DNA of 64,000 nucleotides from Veleropilina oligotropha (Eukaryota): NCBI GenBank assembly GCA_048128005.1, contig JBEUKZ010000074.1, positions 1 to 64,000 of the forward strand, read 5' to 3'. Shown piece by piece: positions 25,697 to 37,933 of this stretch (position 1 is its first letter; each line of letters starts with the position of its first letter). The notes under the pieces were generated by a model. It saw only the letters and a program-made list of their open reading frames with translations, ran no database searches and was not told where the DNA came from. The position numbers and the translations under genes were made by a program.

Positions 25697-25917
25697 TCAC
25701 TGCCGCGGTCACACCCTCCACTGCCGCGGCCACACCCTCCACTGCCGCGGCCACACCTCCACCTCCACTGCTAGGTTTATCAGTCACCTTCCACTGCCAC
25801 GGCCACACTCCACCTGCCATGGTCACACCTCCACCTCCACTGCTAGGTTTATCAGTCACCTTCCACTGCTGCGGTCACACCCTCCACTGCCGCGGTCACA
25901 CCTTCCACCTGCCACTG
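25697..25917. repeat. GC-rich minisatellite (~21-bp CCACTGCCGCGGCCACACCCT units) inside the Polinton
   Basis: Direct visual periodicity with a higher-order duplication. Confidence 0.85.
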
Positions 25918-25984
25918 CAATGTTTAACAGTCATGGTTGTCCCTTATATAAAGGACCCTTTGACAATACAGAGGTATCGGACTT

Positions 25985-26112
25985 CAAACAGACTTGACTT
26001 CGCTGTCAGTAGTGGGTTCAAACCAGGGCTGTGTGGAGCTGGTCGTTTTCCCATGATAATACGGACATGTACTGTGTTGAACCAAAGTATGAAGTATGGA
26101 GTTTTATATGGA
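25985..26112 (+). mobile_element. Degenerate S1 SINE relic inside the Polinton
   Basis: CAGTAGTGGGTTCAAACC and TTTCCCATGATAATACGGACATGT...TTGAACCAAA match S1; the middle is deleted. Confidence 0.6.
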
Positions 26113-27914
26113 TAAAAATACATATGTTAGGTTCATGAAAATCAAATGCCTTAGTTGTCTATGACCCACAATGCATCGAACGGTAATAATCTGACCCTGG
26201 TGTCAATCAAGAATATGGGACCCATGTGGCTACATCTGTAACATATATTTATGCATAAATAACAAAGATATGATAGATTGTATATTTATTCTATTACAAC
26301 ATGGCATTGGGAATAGGGGCTTTTTCAGCTGCTGTCGACAAGCTTCAGATGCAAACGGTATACAATTGTACTAGATCGTTGTTCAGATATCGTATCTAAC
26401 GATTTATAATGAATCCAGCTAGTGGGATTACCAGTTCAATTCAAATTGCTCATGATGCTCTCCTAGTCTCGTGAGGAGATCGGGTTTCCACGTAGGCGGA
26501 ATGTGCAACTTGAATTAAGCATATGAAATATTGATTTTTAAACTTATTCAGCAAATCAGAGTGACAATCGTTTCCTTCAGATTGCTCATGAGGCTCTCCT
26601 AGTCTTGTGAGGAGATCGAGTTTCCACGTAGGCGGAATGTGCAACTGAAGGAAGCATATGAATGATATATATAAACATTGAATTTGGGGAAAATTATGAA
26701 TTAAATCAACTATATGAATAATTGAATGCCAATATATATATATATAGTAATACATACCTGGCAATATTATTACATGATTATGATAGACATGAAACACAGA
26801 TAGTTATGTTAAGCTGAAAAAGCCCCAGGCATCATCATATAAAGGTGGATGGCGGGGATGGTGGTGGTCTGCGAATATCAAAAATACATGAATTAATACG
26901 ACGAGTGTGGAGAACTGCAGCCTCTGAATTCCAAGCGCCAATTGAAGATGGAGACGCCAACTGTCACGTGATCAGTGACGACCAATGAATCGAGTGTTAG
27001 TTTGAGGAACGCAACGGGAAATCGTAGACTCAGATATAATTAAATTCTTTATGCATAAACCTCAGTTATGATAATCATAACTTGCTATTTATGCATAAAT
27101 AACAAAGATATGATAGATTGTATATTTATTCTATTACAACATGGCATTGGGAATAGGGGCTTTTTCAGCTGCTGTCGACAAGCTTCAGATGCAAACGGTA
27201 TACAATTGTACTAGATCGTTGTTCAGATATCGTATCTAACGATTTATAATGAATCCAGCTAGTGGGATTACCAGTTCAATTCAAATTGCTCATGATGCTC
27301 TCCTAGTCTCGTGAGGAGATCGGGTTTCCACGTAGGCGGAATGTGCAACTTGAATTAAGCATATGAAATATTGATTTTTAAACTTATTCAGCAAATCAGA
27401 GTGACAATCGTTTCCTTCAGATTGCTCATGAGGCTCTCCTAGTCTTGTGAGGAGATCGAGTTTCCACGTAGGCGGAATGTGCAACTGAAGGAAGCATATG
27501 AATGATATATATAAACATTGAATTTGGGGAAAATTATGAATTAAATCAACTATATGAATAATTGTATGCCAAATGAAGATGCGAAGCAGCTGAATACCCC
27601 AAAGAAATGTTGAATGATGAGAGTTTTATGCTATGTAGGCTATTAAATGTACTAAGTGAAGTCGATACCACCGCACCCACCTTATTTGATGATGCACACA
27701 CAACATTATTATAAGTACAAAAGATGATATTATAATAGCATATAATATATATCCCTGAGAAATAATCATTTCTCAACTAAAGTCTAGCGACACACATGAT
27801 CCATACAATACCTAAATTAATATATATAATATAATACTATGCAGGTTATACAACGTCATTCAGATTGACTGCATGAATCTTAGTCGTGGTTGAGCAGCCG
27901 GTCTCGTTACGTTA

Positions 27915-28928
27915 TTACTGAATTAATGAATTTTGAGCTTGTTCAAGAGCGTGGGGAGTAGTTGTAATGTACCGACAGTAAGCTTCGGATGACCATCGAC
28001 CCAACGTCTTAATCATATGATCTGGCATGTGGATAGCCGCTGCTGAAGTGGCTGCCCCACTTCGAAATGAGTGACCACTGTAGAGATCTGCGTTGATGCC
28101 TATACTAACAAGCACTTGTCGTAAGAAAGTGATAAATGTCTGTCTGGACAAAGGCAGACCATAGCTATTTATAAACAATGCGTCAGATGGGCAGGTTGTT
28201 TGTGCTACGCGCTTAGACATGTATGATTTCAGAATAGCATAAGGGCAAATAGCATGCGACATTTGAAATAAATTGATACATACTCCTTTACCGAATGGAT
28301 CGGTCTTGGACGACTTCAAGAATAATGCAACACAATTTTGCGCAAACGTTACATCTTCAACGCATAGTGTACATCTAGAAAGATTACTTCGACATGTGAA
28401 TTCGCCACAGCGTAAAAAGCCAAAAAAGGCTACTGTGCATGCAGTTTCCATCATAATATCAAGAAAGGGTGAAAATAATCCCTCTCGTAATTTGAAACAA
28501 ATTTGTTGTAGGATATCGAATGTAATTGGTAGTCTAATTCTTCTACGCGTCGTGCTCAATCGTCTAACACCATTAAGTACAGAATTTAATTTGCATAATT
28601 GTCTGTTTGAAGAATAAAATTCACATGAATTATGATATTGTAAACAAACATGTCGAACACCACATAAATACAGTTTGATCGATGTGAAGCTTAACTTTAA
28701 GTGTTTGAAACAAAAAGCTGAAAACAATACTAACAAGCTCTCATTAACTGGTGGTCCTGTGGTTTCTGATACTGATGTTATATAACCATGCATCAACAAA
28801 AATTGTATATACGTCCTATATCCAGTATCGTAGGCCGCCTGGGTATTTGCAGTCACCGAGGAAGCCCAAAGTTCTCGAACCACGTTTTCAAGTTCCAAAG
28901 TACATGTTGCGGAGGTGGCACAATGCAT
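27915..28928 (-). CDS. Ngaro tyrosine recombinase
   Basis: Catalytic set intact: FLRCGE, SKTD, GHSFR, GRWSS, YCRY; overlaps the end of RNase H. Confidence 0.95.
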   Translation of the reverse strand: MHCATSATCTLELENVVRELWASSVTANTQAAYDTGYRTYIQFLLMHGYITSVSETTGPPVNESLLVLFSAFCFKHLKLSFTSIKLYLCGVRHVCLQYHNSCEFYSSNRQLCKLNSVLNGVRRLSTTRRRIRLPITFDILQQICFKLREGLFSPFLDIMMETACTVAFFGFLRCGEFTCRSNLSRCTLCVEDVTFAQNCVALFLKSSKTDPFGKGVCINLFQMSHAICPYAILKSYMSKRVAQTTCPSDALFINSYGLPLSRQTFITFLRQVLVSIGINADLYSGHSFRSGAATSAAAIHMPDHMIKTLGRWSSEAYCRYITTTPHALEQAQNSLIQ

Positions 28929-30520
28929 GGTTGTTTGTCCGCTAACGGAGCCAGGGAGCGAAATCTCTGTAGCTGTAAACGAGATAACGCATCGGCTATA
29001 GAATTTGACACACCTGGCACATGCTTAGCTGAGACACTGAAATTGTATTTAGCCTCACACATTGTTACCTGTCTCATCAAAGGAGCAATATTGATTGCCT
29101 TAGATCTCCCTTTATTTACGATGTGCACAGTGGCCAAATTGTCACACCAGAAAAGAATTCTCTTTCTGGACCATAAATGTCCCCACAATAAACAACTCAC
29201 GACAATGGGATATAGTTCACGAAAGGCAATTGATAAGGGTTCGGACGTATCGTTCTCATATTTATCGCGCAAAGATTGGGGCCACGGTTCCGCGAACCAC
29301 TTTCCCATGAAATAACCTCCGAAACCGATAGTTGCTGATGCATCTGTGAAAAGTTCTAAATCACTCGCATTTGTCACACATCGATCACGAAAGAGGGACA
29401 CACCGTTCCAAGTCTGAAGGAAGTGCTTCCACATACACAAGTCTTCTCGACAGTCTTTGCTCAAGTGTACATGATGATGCAAAGCACTCACCGTTGTAGA
29501 TAGGCCTAACAAATATGACACAAAAGTACGACCTGGGGGTATAACCCGGGCTGCGAAGTTTAGATGACCTAAAAGTTTTAACAATTCTAATTTTGTTATA
29601 GATTTCTTACATTCGTATGTATCAATGATTGAAAGAATCCGATTAATTTTATCTTGCGGAAGCCTAGCTTCCATTTGCATAGAGTCAAGAATAATTCCAA
29701 GATATTCTATAATACATGTCGGCCCAGCAGTTTTATGCATAGACAAAGGAATATTTAACTGCTTAAAGATATCTAACAAAGAAGACATTGTATGATCTCC
29801 ATCTACACAGGGTGGGTTAATTGTCAAAAAGTCATCTAGCAAATGCAAAATACTTCCAATATCATAATTATTTTCGGCAATCCAGCATATGGCAATAGAC
29901 AAATTATCAAATATTTTCGGACTCGACCTGCAGCCGAAAGCGAGCCTCTTATAAAAATAATATTGATCACACCATTTCACACAAAACAAATGCCATTGCG
30001 ACGGATGTATAGGGATGATCTTGAATGCATCTTTGATGTCTGTCTTGCACATAACCGCACCACATCCGATATCCTGCATTATTGCAATTGCATCGTCAAT
30101 GTGAACATATGATAATGAACACAACTCTTTGTCGATTAATGCATTGATGCTCGGGTGCTCACTGTCATCATGTGGTGCCGACAAGTCCACAATCAATCGC
30201 TTCTTGCCGGAATATTTTCCCGTCGCAATTCCGATAGGACTTACTCTGTAATTCGAGAATGGGGGATCTTTAAATGGACCAGCGAGATAACCCCTATCAG
30301 TTTCAGTTTTAATTAAATCGTTCACAGCAAGTTCTTCACAAATTGCAGATCTCAAATTTTTACATTCTTTAACTTTTAATGATAAAGTTTTATTTATGTC
30401 CACACAAGTATCAAAACCATCTTGTAAACCAAGACATAAATAATCAACAAATGTCCGATCCGGGTGTTTCAATAGTTCTGCCTGTAATTGTGTAACATTC
30501 ACAGGCGTAGTAGCTTTCAA
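28853..30520 (-). CDS. Ngaro reverse transcriptase-RNase H
   Basis: GPF, KKRLIVDLS, DIKDAFK, LAFGCRSSP, LLDD, YLGI; RNase H FTDAS, ELYPI, CDN, NSIADALSR. Confidence 0.95.
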   Translation of the reverse strand: MKATTPVNVTQLQAELLKHPDRTFVDYLCLGLQDGFDTCVDINKTLSLKVKECKNLRSAICEELAVNDLIKTETDRGYLAGPFKDPPFSNYRVSPIGIATGKYSGKKRLIVDLSAPHDDSEHPSINALIDKELCSLSYVHIDDAIAIMQDIGCGAVMCKTDIKDAFKIIPIHPSQWHLFCVKWCDQYYFYKRLAFGCRSSPKIFDNLSIAICWIAENNYDIGSILHLLDDFLTINPPCVDGDHTMSSLLDIFKQLNIPLSMHKTAGPTCIIEYLGIILDSMQMEARLPQDKINRILSIIDTYECKKSITKLELLKLLGHLNFAARVIPPGRTFVSYLLGLSTTVSALHHHVHLSKDCREDLCMWKHFLQTWNGVSLFRDRCVTNASDLELFTDASATIGFGGYFMGKWFAEPWPQSLRDKYENDTSEPLSIAFRELYPIVVSCLLWGHLWSRKRILFWCDNLATVHIVNKGRSKAINIAPLMRQVTMCEAKYNFSVSAKHVPGVSNSIADALSRLQLQRFRSLAPLADKQPCIVPPPQHVLWNLKTWFENFGLPR

Positions 30521-30541
30521 GCAGATGTTGTTAATGTCATG

Positions 30542-31971
30542 TCATTGATTTTTAACTGAATTTCTTGTCGCCGACGTGTTGTTGGGGCATGCTGTGGCCG
30601 CATGATTCAAAACGTTGCATTTTGAGCATCTGTGAGTAAAGGGACAAGATCGCCGGAAGCATTTTCCTGCGTTAAAGTTATTACACAATTCAGATCCCTG
30701 AAAGGTAGATCTGAGGCGGCCATATTTATCTGAGTTGGTAGTACCAGCTCCATGTTTTGTAGGGTCATTGGGTTGAACATTGGTTTTGTATCTGGAGGAC
30801 AAAATGCACTCAGGTGGGAAATTGAACCACAAAAACAGCATGAATTTGTCTTCGTTCCCGCCATGAGAAGATTCAACAAATTCTTGTCACGAATCGACCA
30901 GTCGACTTTAATGTTGTGCTCTCTGAGAGCTTCAGCACACCGGGCAGAGAATATTTTATGATACTCGTAAAATTTAGCACCATAGAGGTTATAGAGTTCT
31001 ATAATGTTGGTTTCATATTTGTCCAACTCGATTCTGCGATTGGGGTATTTGGCGCACATTATTCGTTTATACTTTCCGAATGCAGTTATGAACTCGCTAA
31101 TGCTCAACTGCTTGCCGAGCCGTGGGTCAGTGTGAGCTTTTAACGAAAACTGTACCCCTTCTGCGTGTACGATGCGGTCATTCGATGCTTCAAACTGAGG
31201 AATCAATAACGCTGCCAGATTGACATCCCGTCCCTCAATTATTTGCCGTCTGAGGGATGTCGATACAAGTTCGAGCTGAGGTAAATTATCGGGGGATACA
31301 CCATAACTATTTAGAACACACATACCTGCATTGGTTGCCGCCGCTGAAATTTGGTCAGCGTCATTGTTCGAAGCGGTTGCAAGGGTATAAATTGTCGTTG
31401 AATCCGAAGATGCCGTGTTCCCTGTCGTTGTCGCCGTGTTCGTCGTGGGCGTTTCTCTTTCAACGAGTCGCTGAACCGTTTCGGATAGCCGTGCTATCGA
31501 ATCACGCATCGATTCTAGAGTGGGCGCCGCCATATTGGTTTCTGCCAAATTCGCAGCGTCGAGGGAACTGGGCGTGTGACTAGACTGGCGGGTCCGTTGC
31601 CTGTTGCCCGCCGACTGTTCGCGACGATTAACGCGAGTGCTTCGTTCTAATACCGTATCAGGTGCGGTATCGTCTACTTCGTTCGATCGGTTTGCACGGG
31701 CCGTACCAACTTGCTGCGAGTCGTCGTCGCGTTCATTGCGTCGTGCAATAACGTTTTCGCGATACATTTGTGATAACGCTTGTCTCGACAAGTTTCTCGG
31801 GGTCCATATACCCAATTCCTGTAACGCATCCCGTAATCGGGCGGTTGTCCAATTTGTTGGCTCATTCGCGTCGTATGGTTGCGGGCGACTTCGAGTTCTG
31901 CGGCGGCCACGCTCCGCCATTTTGCTGACCCGTTTCGCAGATTTATTCTCCGTTGCAGGACAATGTAACAA
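30542..31971 (-). pseudogene. Ngaro ORF1 (gag-like) with C-terminal Cys/His fingers; frameshift ~30795
   Basis: GRDVNLAALL, LSISEFITAFGKYK, FYEYHKIFS, CCFCGSISH. Shifted frame DKYGR...CNNFNAGKCFRRSCPFTHRCSKC...HAATACP. Confidence 0.85.
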
Positions 31972-32360
31972 TTAACTTACTAGGTTGCCGAGCGAGACAA
32001 ACCCCAAATATGATTATGTCCACAATAACAGAAACAGTTATGATATTGTTTCAAAGTTATATATATCTGCGAATAACACTGCGAATATCAAAAATACATG
32101 AATTAATATGACGAGTGTGGAGAACTGCAGCCTCTGAATTCCAAGCGCCAATTGAAGATGGAGACGCCAACTGTCACGTGATCAGTGACGACCAATGAAT
32201 CGAGTGTTAGTTTGAGGAACGCAACGGGAAATCGTAGACTCAGATATAATTAAATTCTTTATGCATAAACCTCAGTTATGATAATCATAACTTGCTATAT
32301 ATAAGTGAACCTGGAAATACAAAAACAAGCAAAGAGGGCTAATAATTTTATTGTAAATAT

Positions 32361-35300
32361 TTAATATCCATAAGGCACAGTGTTATAAGCGTCATTGGAA
32401 ATTACTCTCTTGGTATGAACGACCTGGTATCGTTTACTTTCGGGTCGATTGTAGATTTTTCTTTTAAGTTTTTCTCGGCAAATCTTGCGAGGGTTGAAGG
32501 TGATGACTGGCTCTACGTCTTTCACAACCTCAAAATTTATTTTTTGACTGTTTTTAAAATTTAGGGTAAAGCCTCTCACCTTTACTACTTCAACCCCTTT
32601 ATTGGTGCGATAAGCATAATTCTTGGGACCGCCAGACACAAATTCAACAATAAATTCTCCAGGACATAGCTCGTCGGTAAGATCGCCAAGGTAATCGCCG
32701 AGCGCCGCCTCTGGCTGGCCGGGTCCTGTAGAGTAGATGACGGAATCTGTGTCGTAATACATCACGTTCTCGTTTAAGTGCTCCAACACCTCATACAGTC
32801 TCAAACGTGCCCAACAAGTGGTAAAAGAAGCAATGTAAATATTAGCTTTCTTGCTTTCGGGCACGAATGTTTTCTTGTGGGTATATTCAATCTGAATCAG
32901 GTCTTTGCCGATGATGTGGAAGTCATGAATTTCTTTCGAGGGGTCAGCTATGATTTGAAAAAACTTGTCTCCCTCTTCTTCGTGCAATATTTCTGTTTGT
33001 TTTAAGTTTAAACGTTCTCCGAATTTGCCCCACAGCGAATTTATGCACAGCTTAGCCAGAGACCGAAGGCCTGGATTCTTACATATGTTTTTAGCATCCA
33101 GTTTTATCCCTTCGTGTGTTTCATAATCGGTCACGTAGGGGTCCTTGTCTTCCTGAGTGTTGATCCATGATGGCCAGTCGCTCGACTCCTGCTTTATTTT
33201 TAAAAATTGATTTATGCAACCTGAGAACAACCCTCCTGATTTTGTGTCACGATCATATTGAGTCGTCGAGGGCCAGTGATATATTTCGTATATGCGGGTA
33301 ATGACATATCCCTTTTGAGTGGCTTTTATGAGTTCGGGGGTACACCATGTTCCTTCTAGAGTTCGCTGCTCATCGTTGCATTGACAGGGCGTTTGCTGCT
33401 CTGTGTCTGCACAAGTACGGCACAAGGGAAACTTTAGTTTACCATTAGATCTCATGGGCAGTACAGGATGGTACAAACCTCTCGGTGGTAGGATTTTCAC
33501 CTTTGCCATTCCAAAGTACTGATCGATGTTTTTGAAGTGAGAAGAAATGATTTCGGGGTGGCCTGAGGGGTATTTCGCATACTTACATACGTATGGGTAT
33601 AATGACGTGAAGTCCACGTATTTTATTGTTTCTTCTTCCTTTATTTTATAGTGTAGCTTACAGGCGTTTGTACGACCCCCGTAGAGGCTGTCCCTGGGTT
33701 CCAAACGGGTCGTCAGATCTAGATTTTTAACAAAATCTTTACGTTCTCGATTTTTTTTTAATTCCTCGTTGAATTCGTGCTCCCATATGCAAACGTACTG
33801 GTAGCCTTTGCTTTTGAGGAAAGTCTCTTTTTTCTTTGTTAAAACGTAGAGCTCCTCTAGACTCTGCCCGGTTCGAGGATGTTTCGTGTCTCTGTCATTA
33901 GGATAACATGTAAGGCATCCATGAAATAATTCGCCGTGACATTCAAAAATTGTATTTCCAGCAAACCCATCGCATTTGTAACGGGTGCTTTCAATTTTCT
34001 TCTCCCCGCCATTTAAAGCATGTTGTATAAATATGCCTTGCTTGTGTGACAACCATTCTAGCCACTGGATGGAGGCAAGACTGTATTGGTCATGTTGTTG
34101 ATTGGGACCATGGCTATCGCCGTCTTGACAAATTTTTTTCTTCTGTGTTCACAATGGTCCATACTCCGTCCACACAAGCAGTCATCGCACCATCTTTTTC
34201 ACGTGCATAAATCCATTTGACATTCACTTTTGCTTTCCATATTTCTTCTAAAAATTTGGTTCTGTATATGGTCATACACGTGGAGGCGATGGTTATGCAG
34301 TCGAAGGGGTCCACGTACCTCATTAAAACCATTTCACCTTCATCGTTCTGCACATATTCACCCGTGACGTTCTTCATTAGGTCCCTGAATTTCAAGCAGG
34401 TGTGGCTCAGGACATCGACGTCGCTGCGGCAATATGCCAAAATTTGCTTGGCGAATTTAAATGTTTTTCCCTGCTTGGTGGCATGCCATGTCAAGAATTC
34501 TGCTCTTTCGTCCTTGGACATGGAATCTGCACCGTAATATTCTACATCAGGATAAGGGCCTCGGTAATTCTGGTTATCCTTCACATTGAAAATATGTGGA
34601 AACCAGCCTTTGGTAATTTGCGGTATCCGAATGCTTTCGGCATGGATCTGAGGGGCATCGGGAGAAAATTTAAGGAATCGATAAGTTTAATATCGAGACC
34701 TTTTCCGACGTACATATACATGATTTTGGAGCCCTGGTAAATTATTTTCTGCGGTCTCATGGATTGGCCGATCATGTACTCCAGCAGGAAATAAATATCG
34801 AAGGCCTTGGCATTATGGGTGATGACCCGATAATTTTTATGTGATTTGGTGAATAACCATGCGCCAAATTGAGCGGCAGTGTCTTTGCCCTTGAAGATAA
34901 CTTCTCGATGACCGCACGAATCGCTGCAAGGGACGACTGCATCGTCATCATCATTTTCACAGGCAGGGCACCTTGACCCACAGTTATCACACCTGACGTC
35001 GGTGGTATATTCACAAGAATCACACGAACTACGAGCCACCACAAGATTGGGTACATGTTCTTCGGAACCGCACCATGTATTCGTACAATTTTGACATCTT
35101 CGGCTTCCATCTCCTAGCGGCATGTACCCCTCTGGACACTCCATGATGGTATCCTGGCATGTTTCGAAATCGTAAAATATAAATTTTGGCTTTGTTTCTT
35201 TAGGTTCCATGGCACGTACATAACATTGGTGATCCTCTAACACGTAGTAACCACATCCCTTGCATTGAAATTCTCCGCAAACGTGTTTACTTTTACTACG

Positions 35301-36632
35301 CTTCGCTACTTTGACGACCTTGTAACACGTGGGACATTTCCACCATTGATTACACTGGGATGGAGTTTTTAGTTCACCTTTCTTCTTGCCTTTGGTGTAA
35401 TACGATGCATTCTGGTGCCTGTTAAAGCATGCAGCGGACCGGCACGTCATGTTGCAGTGATCACACTTAACATCTTCGTCTTGGGTACATCCGGATGACT
35501 TGCATGATAATGCATGATAATGGCCCTGGGCTTCATGTTGAACGTAGTACACGTAAATGTTCTTTCTGGTAGGATTGTTGCTAACTTTGATGAATTTATT
35601 TCCTAGTTTGGCACTGACAACAAGTATGTTTACACCTAGAACGGATTCGAAGGCAGAGACTTCATTTAATCCGAGTGGTGAGTCGGTGGACACATCTGCT
35701 AATTCGCATAACTTCAAGGCTAATTTTTTCTGCTCGTTGCGTTTTCCCTTTCGTATGTTCTTATAAAATGATTCGTACACTTTCTTGGTCTCTAAAACCT
35801 TATCAATCATGGTACGACATTCACTATCTTCCATCAATTCAAGCCATTCGGTGTTGGTTACTTTATGGCAGGATGCCCAGCTCTGTGCGATCGCCCTGGA
35901 CAAACAGATCGTGTCGTCGTTCTCGATTCGTACTATGGATTTCTTCTTTGTTATTGCCTCATCTAAATTTGTTATTCTGTGGCGACCCGAACCAGTTGGT
36001 ATGTGTATCACACCGATGTGAATGGCAAACAAGTCAGTTATTTTCAGTTCTTGAAAAGATTGAAGGACTTTGGTGATTCCTTCCAGGACAACATCTGCAT
36101 TCAAATCGATCATGGGTTGCAGCTTGATGACGATCGGGTCTTTCAGGCTGCCATGTTCGATCAACACTCTACCCAAATCGTTGGGGTCTGCATGCACTTG
36201 ATGTAATGCGTCATCAAAAAGAGAATAAAGTTCGTCATGTATATCACGCAGTGCCAAATTGTCCCAGGCAGCTGGATCTAGTTTGACTGCGTATTTTGTA
36301 TCTATTGCAGCATTACTACGGAAAGTCCTCTGGCTGACCTGTTCTAACACATAGGGCTTGGTTAGATTGCGCCTGGGTCGTTTGGCATCCCTCAAATTGG
36401 AAAGTTTTCTGATGACATCAGGGTCATCTGGAATTGACATGTGTTGAGCAAAGGTTGACAGTTCTTGAGTGTTCTCGAATTCTTCAACAAATTCTTGAAA
36501 TTCGGATGGCTGTTGTAATAATCTTAATTGTTCTTGTACATCTGCGTCCTCCGATATTCCAAGTTCCATCGCAAAGTGTGTTAATTCTTCAGGGTCTGTA
36601 AACGATTGAATCAAATGTCGAAGTTCAGACAT
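32361..36632 (-). pseudogene. POLB: Protein-primed family B DNA polymerase; frameshifts at ~34620, ~34135 and ~34100
   Basis: Exonuclease motifs FIFYDFET, HNAKAFD, YCRSDV; polymerase motifs YVDFTSLYP, KLCINSLWGKF, YYDTDS; N-terminal NDDTICLSRAI...GHY (OTU-like); minus-strand AATAAA at 32347-32352. Confidence 0.96.
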
Positions 36633-37247
36633 GGTTCTGAAATTAAAATTACCACAATTATTGCAAATTCACATACATAGGCGAATTGAGGTGATTTTAG
36701 ACAAATAACTTCCCATAATATATACATAAGGTCAAACTGAATCAAATGAGACAAATTTCAGGTCTATATGACACGGCGGTTTCGAGTTATGCCCCTTTTT
36801 TAGACAAACTTGTAGGCCCTAGCACTAGTCAATACATGTCGAATTTGATCCTCAGGAATTCGATGGCATTGGGGGTTAATATACTGTAATGAAATGTGTT
36901 GTACTCATATGAACTGCAAGGTCTTAGGCAGACAGATACTAATTTGAAAACTAACTCCATCTGCTATGTTTTGCCTCCATCTTAATGTAACTACATGGTT
37001 GATATCTAAAACAGTATTTTATATAATCATATTTATTTCTGAGATATTATTAAATTCCTCTTTGACATTTATCATCAAGCATTTGACAGCAAGCAGCACA
37101 CGTGACACGTATGCATACATCTGATGTCAATCAATATGGCAGAATGAGAATGATTCACTATGATTGGAAGATTGCTATGGATATGACAACAACTTGTCCA
37201 ATCGTAGACTAGACAACATTTGGAAATATGACCACCAAAGCCTGTGC

Positions 37248-37467
37248 CACTGGACATCATTCTAATTCTTGAGGGATTTCCCTACCCCTGAGGGATACCC
37301 ACACCAAGTCACCCTCTTGGTTTGGCTGATGCTAGAAACACTTGCCATGGTGTGCATCACTGGACATCATTCTAATTCTTGAGGGATTTCCCTACCCCTG
37401 AGGGATACCCACACCAAGTCACCCTCTTGGTTTGGCTGATGCTAGAAACACTTGCCATGGTGTGCAT
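37248..37467. repeat. 110-bp tandem duplication
   Basis: CACTGGACATCATTCTAATTC...CCATGGTGTGCAT at 37248-37357 and 37358-37467. Confidence 0.9.
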
Positions 37468-37933
37468 TTATTTCACACATGTTTAGTCTTCACAGAAAAT
37501 AATAACGGAGTAATTGACTGTATCGATAATTGTATGTTATTAAGGAGTTGTGACAGACTGTCATGTGTTTCAACCACGCGAATAATTAATCTAAGACATG
37601 AATTCATATTTGTTATTAAATAGCTTCCCCTTATAAGTATGATTTGAAATACATAATCAACATTACCATTAACATATCCGATGTAATACGAGGTATCTAG
37701 AAGCTCTCAGTCCTAAGTACGGTGAATTCCGGTATATTAATTGCTATTATGGCATGTTAGAAACGGTTATTCTTTGGTCCAATAATTTCAAACCTCTTAA
37801 GTACACTTTTGAAAGTAACGAACGATTGTTAAATTTTCAGTAAACAATTTTAAAATTATCCAAACAGAGAGCCTTTATGTTAATCAACTGGAATCAAATA
37901 TGCTCGCATATTCACTTACATACACTTTTAAAT

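Larger units (their letters stand above)
26246..32298 (-). mobile_element. Complete Ngaro-type (DIRS order) tyrosine-recombinase retrotransposon nested in the Polinton
   Basis: Split direct repeats A1(32079-32298)-ORFs-B1(27086-27572)-A2(26869-27088)-B2(26246-26732); gag, RT-RNaseH and YR ORFs; no methyltransferase seen. Confidence 0.93.

Noticed and set aside
25614..26115. ORFs 25614-25859(-) and 25669-26115(+)
   Set aside because: They span a GC-rich minisatellite and a SINE relic; low-complexity translations.
26450..27484. Duplicated HIPPTWKLDLL ORFs
   Set aside because: They lie in the Ngaro B repeats and are probably non-coding.
34090..34630. Programmed frameshifting in polB
   Set aside because: Several scattered lesions across polB, the major capsid gene and the ATPase are better explained by decay or sequencing indels.
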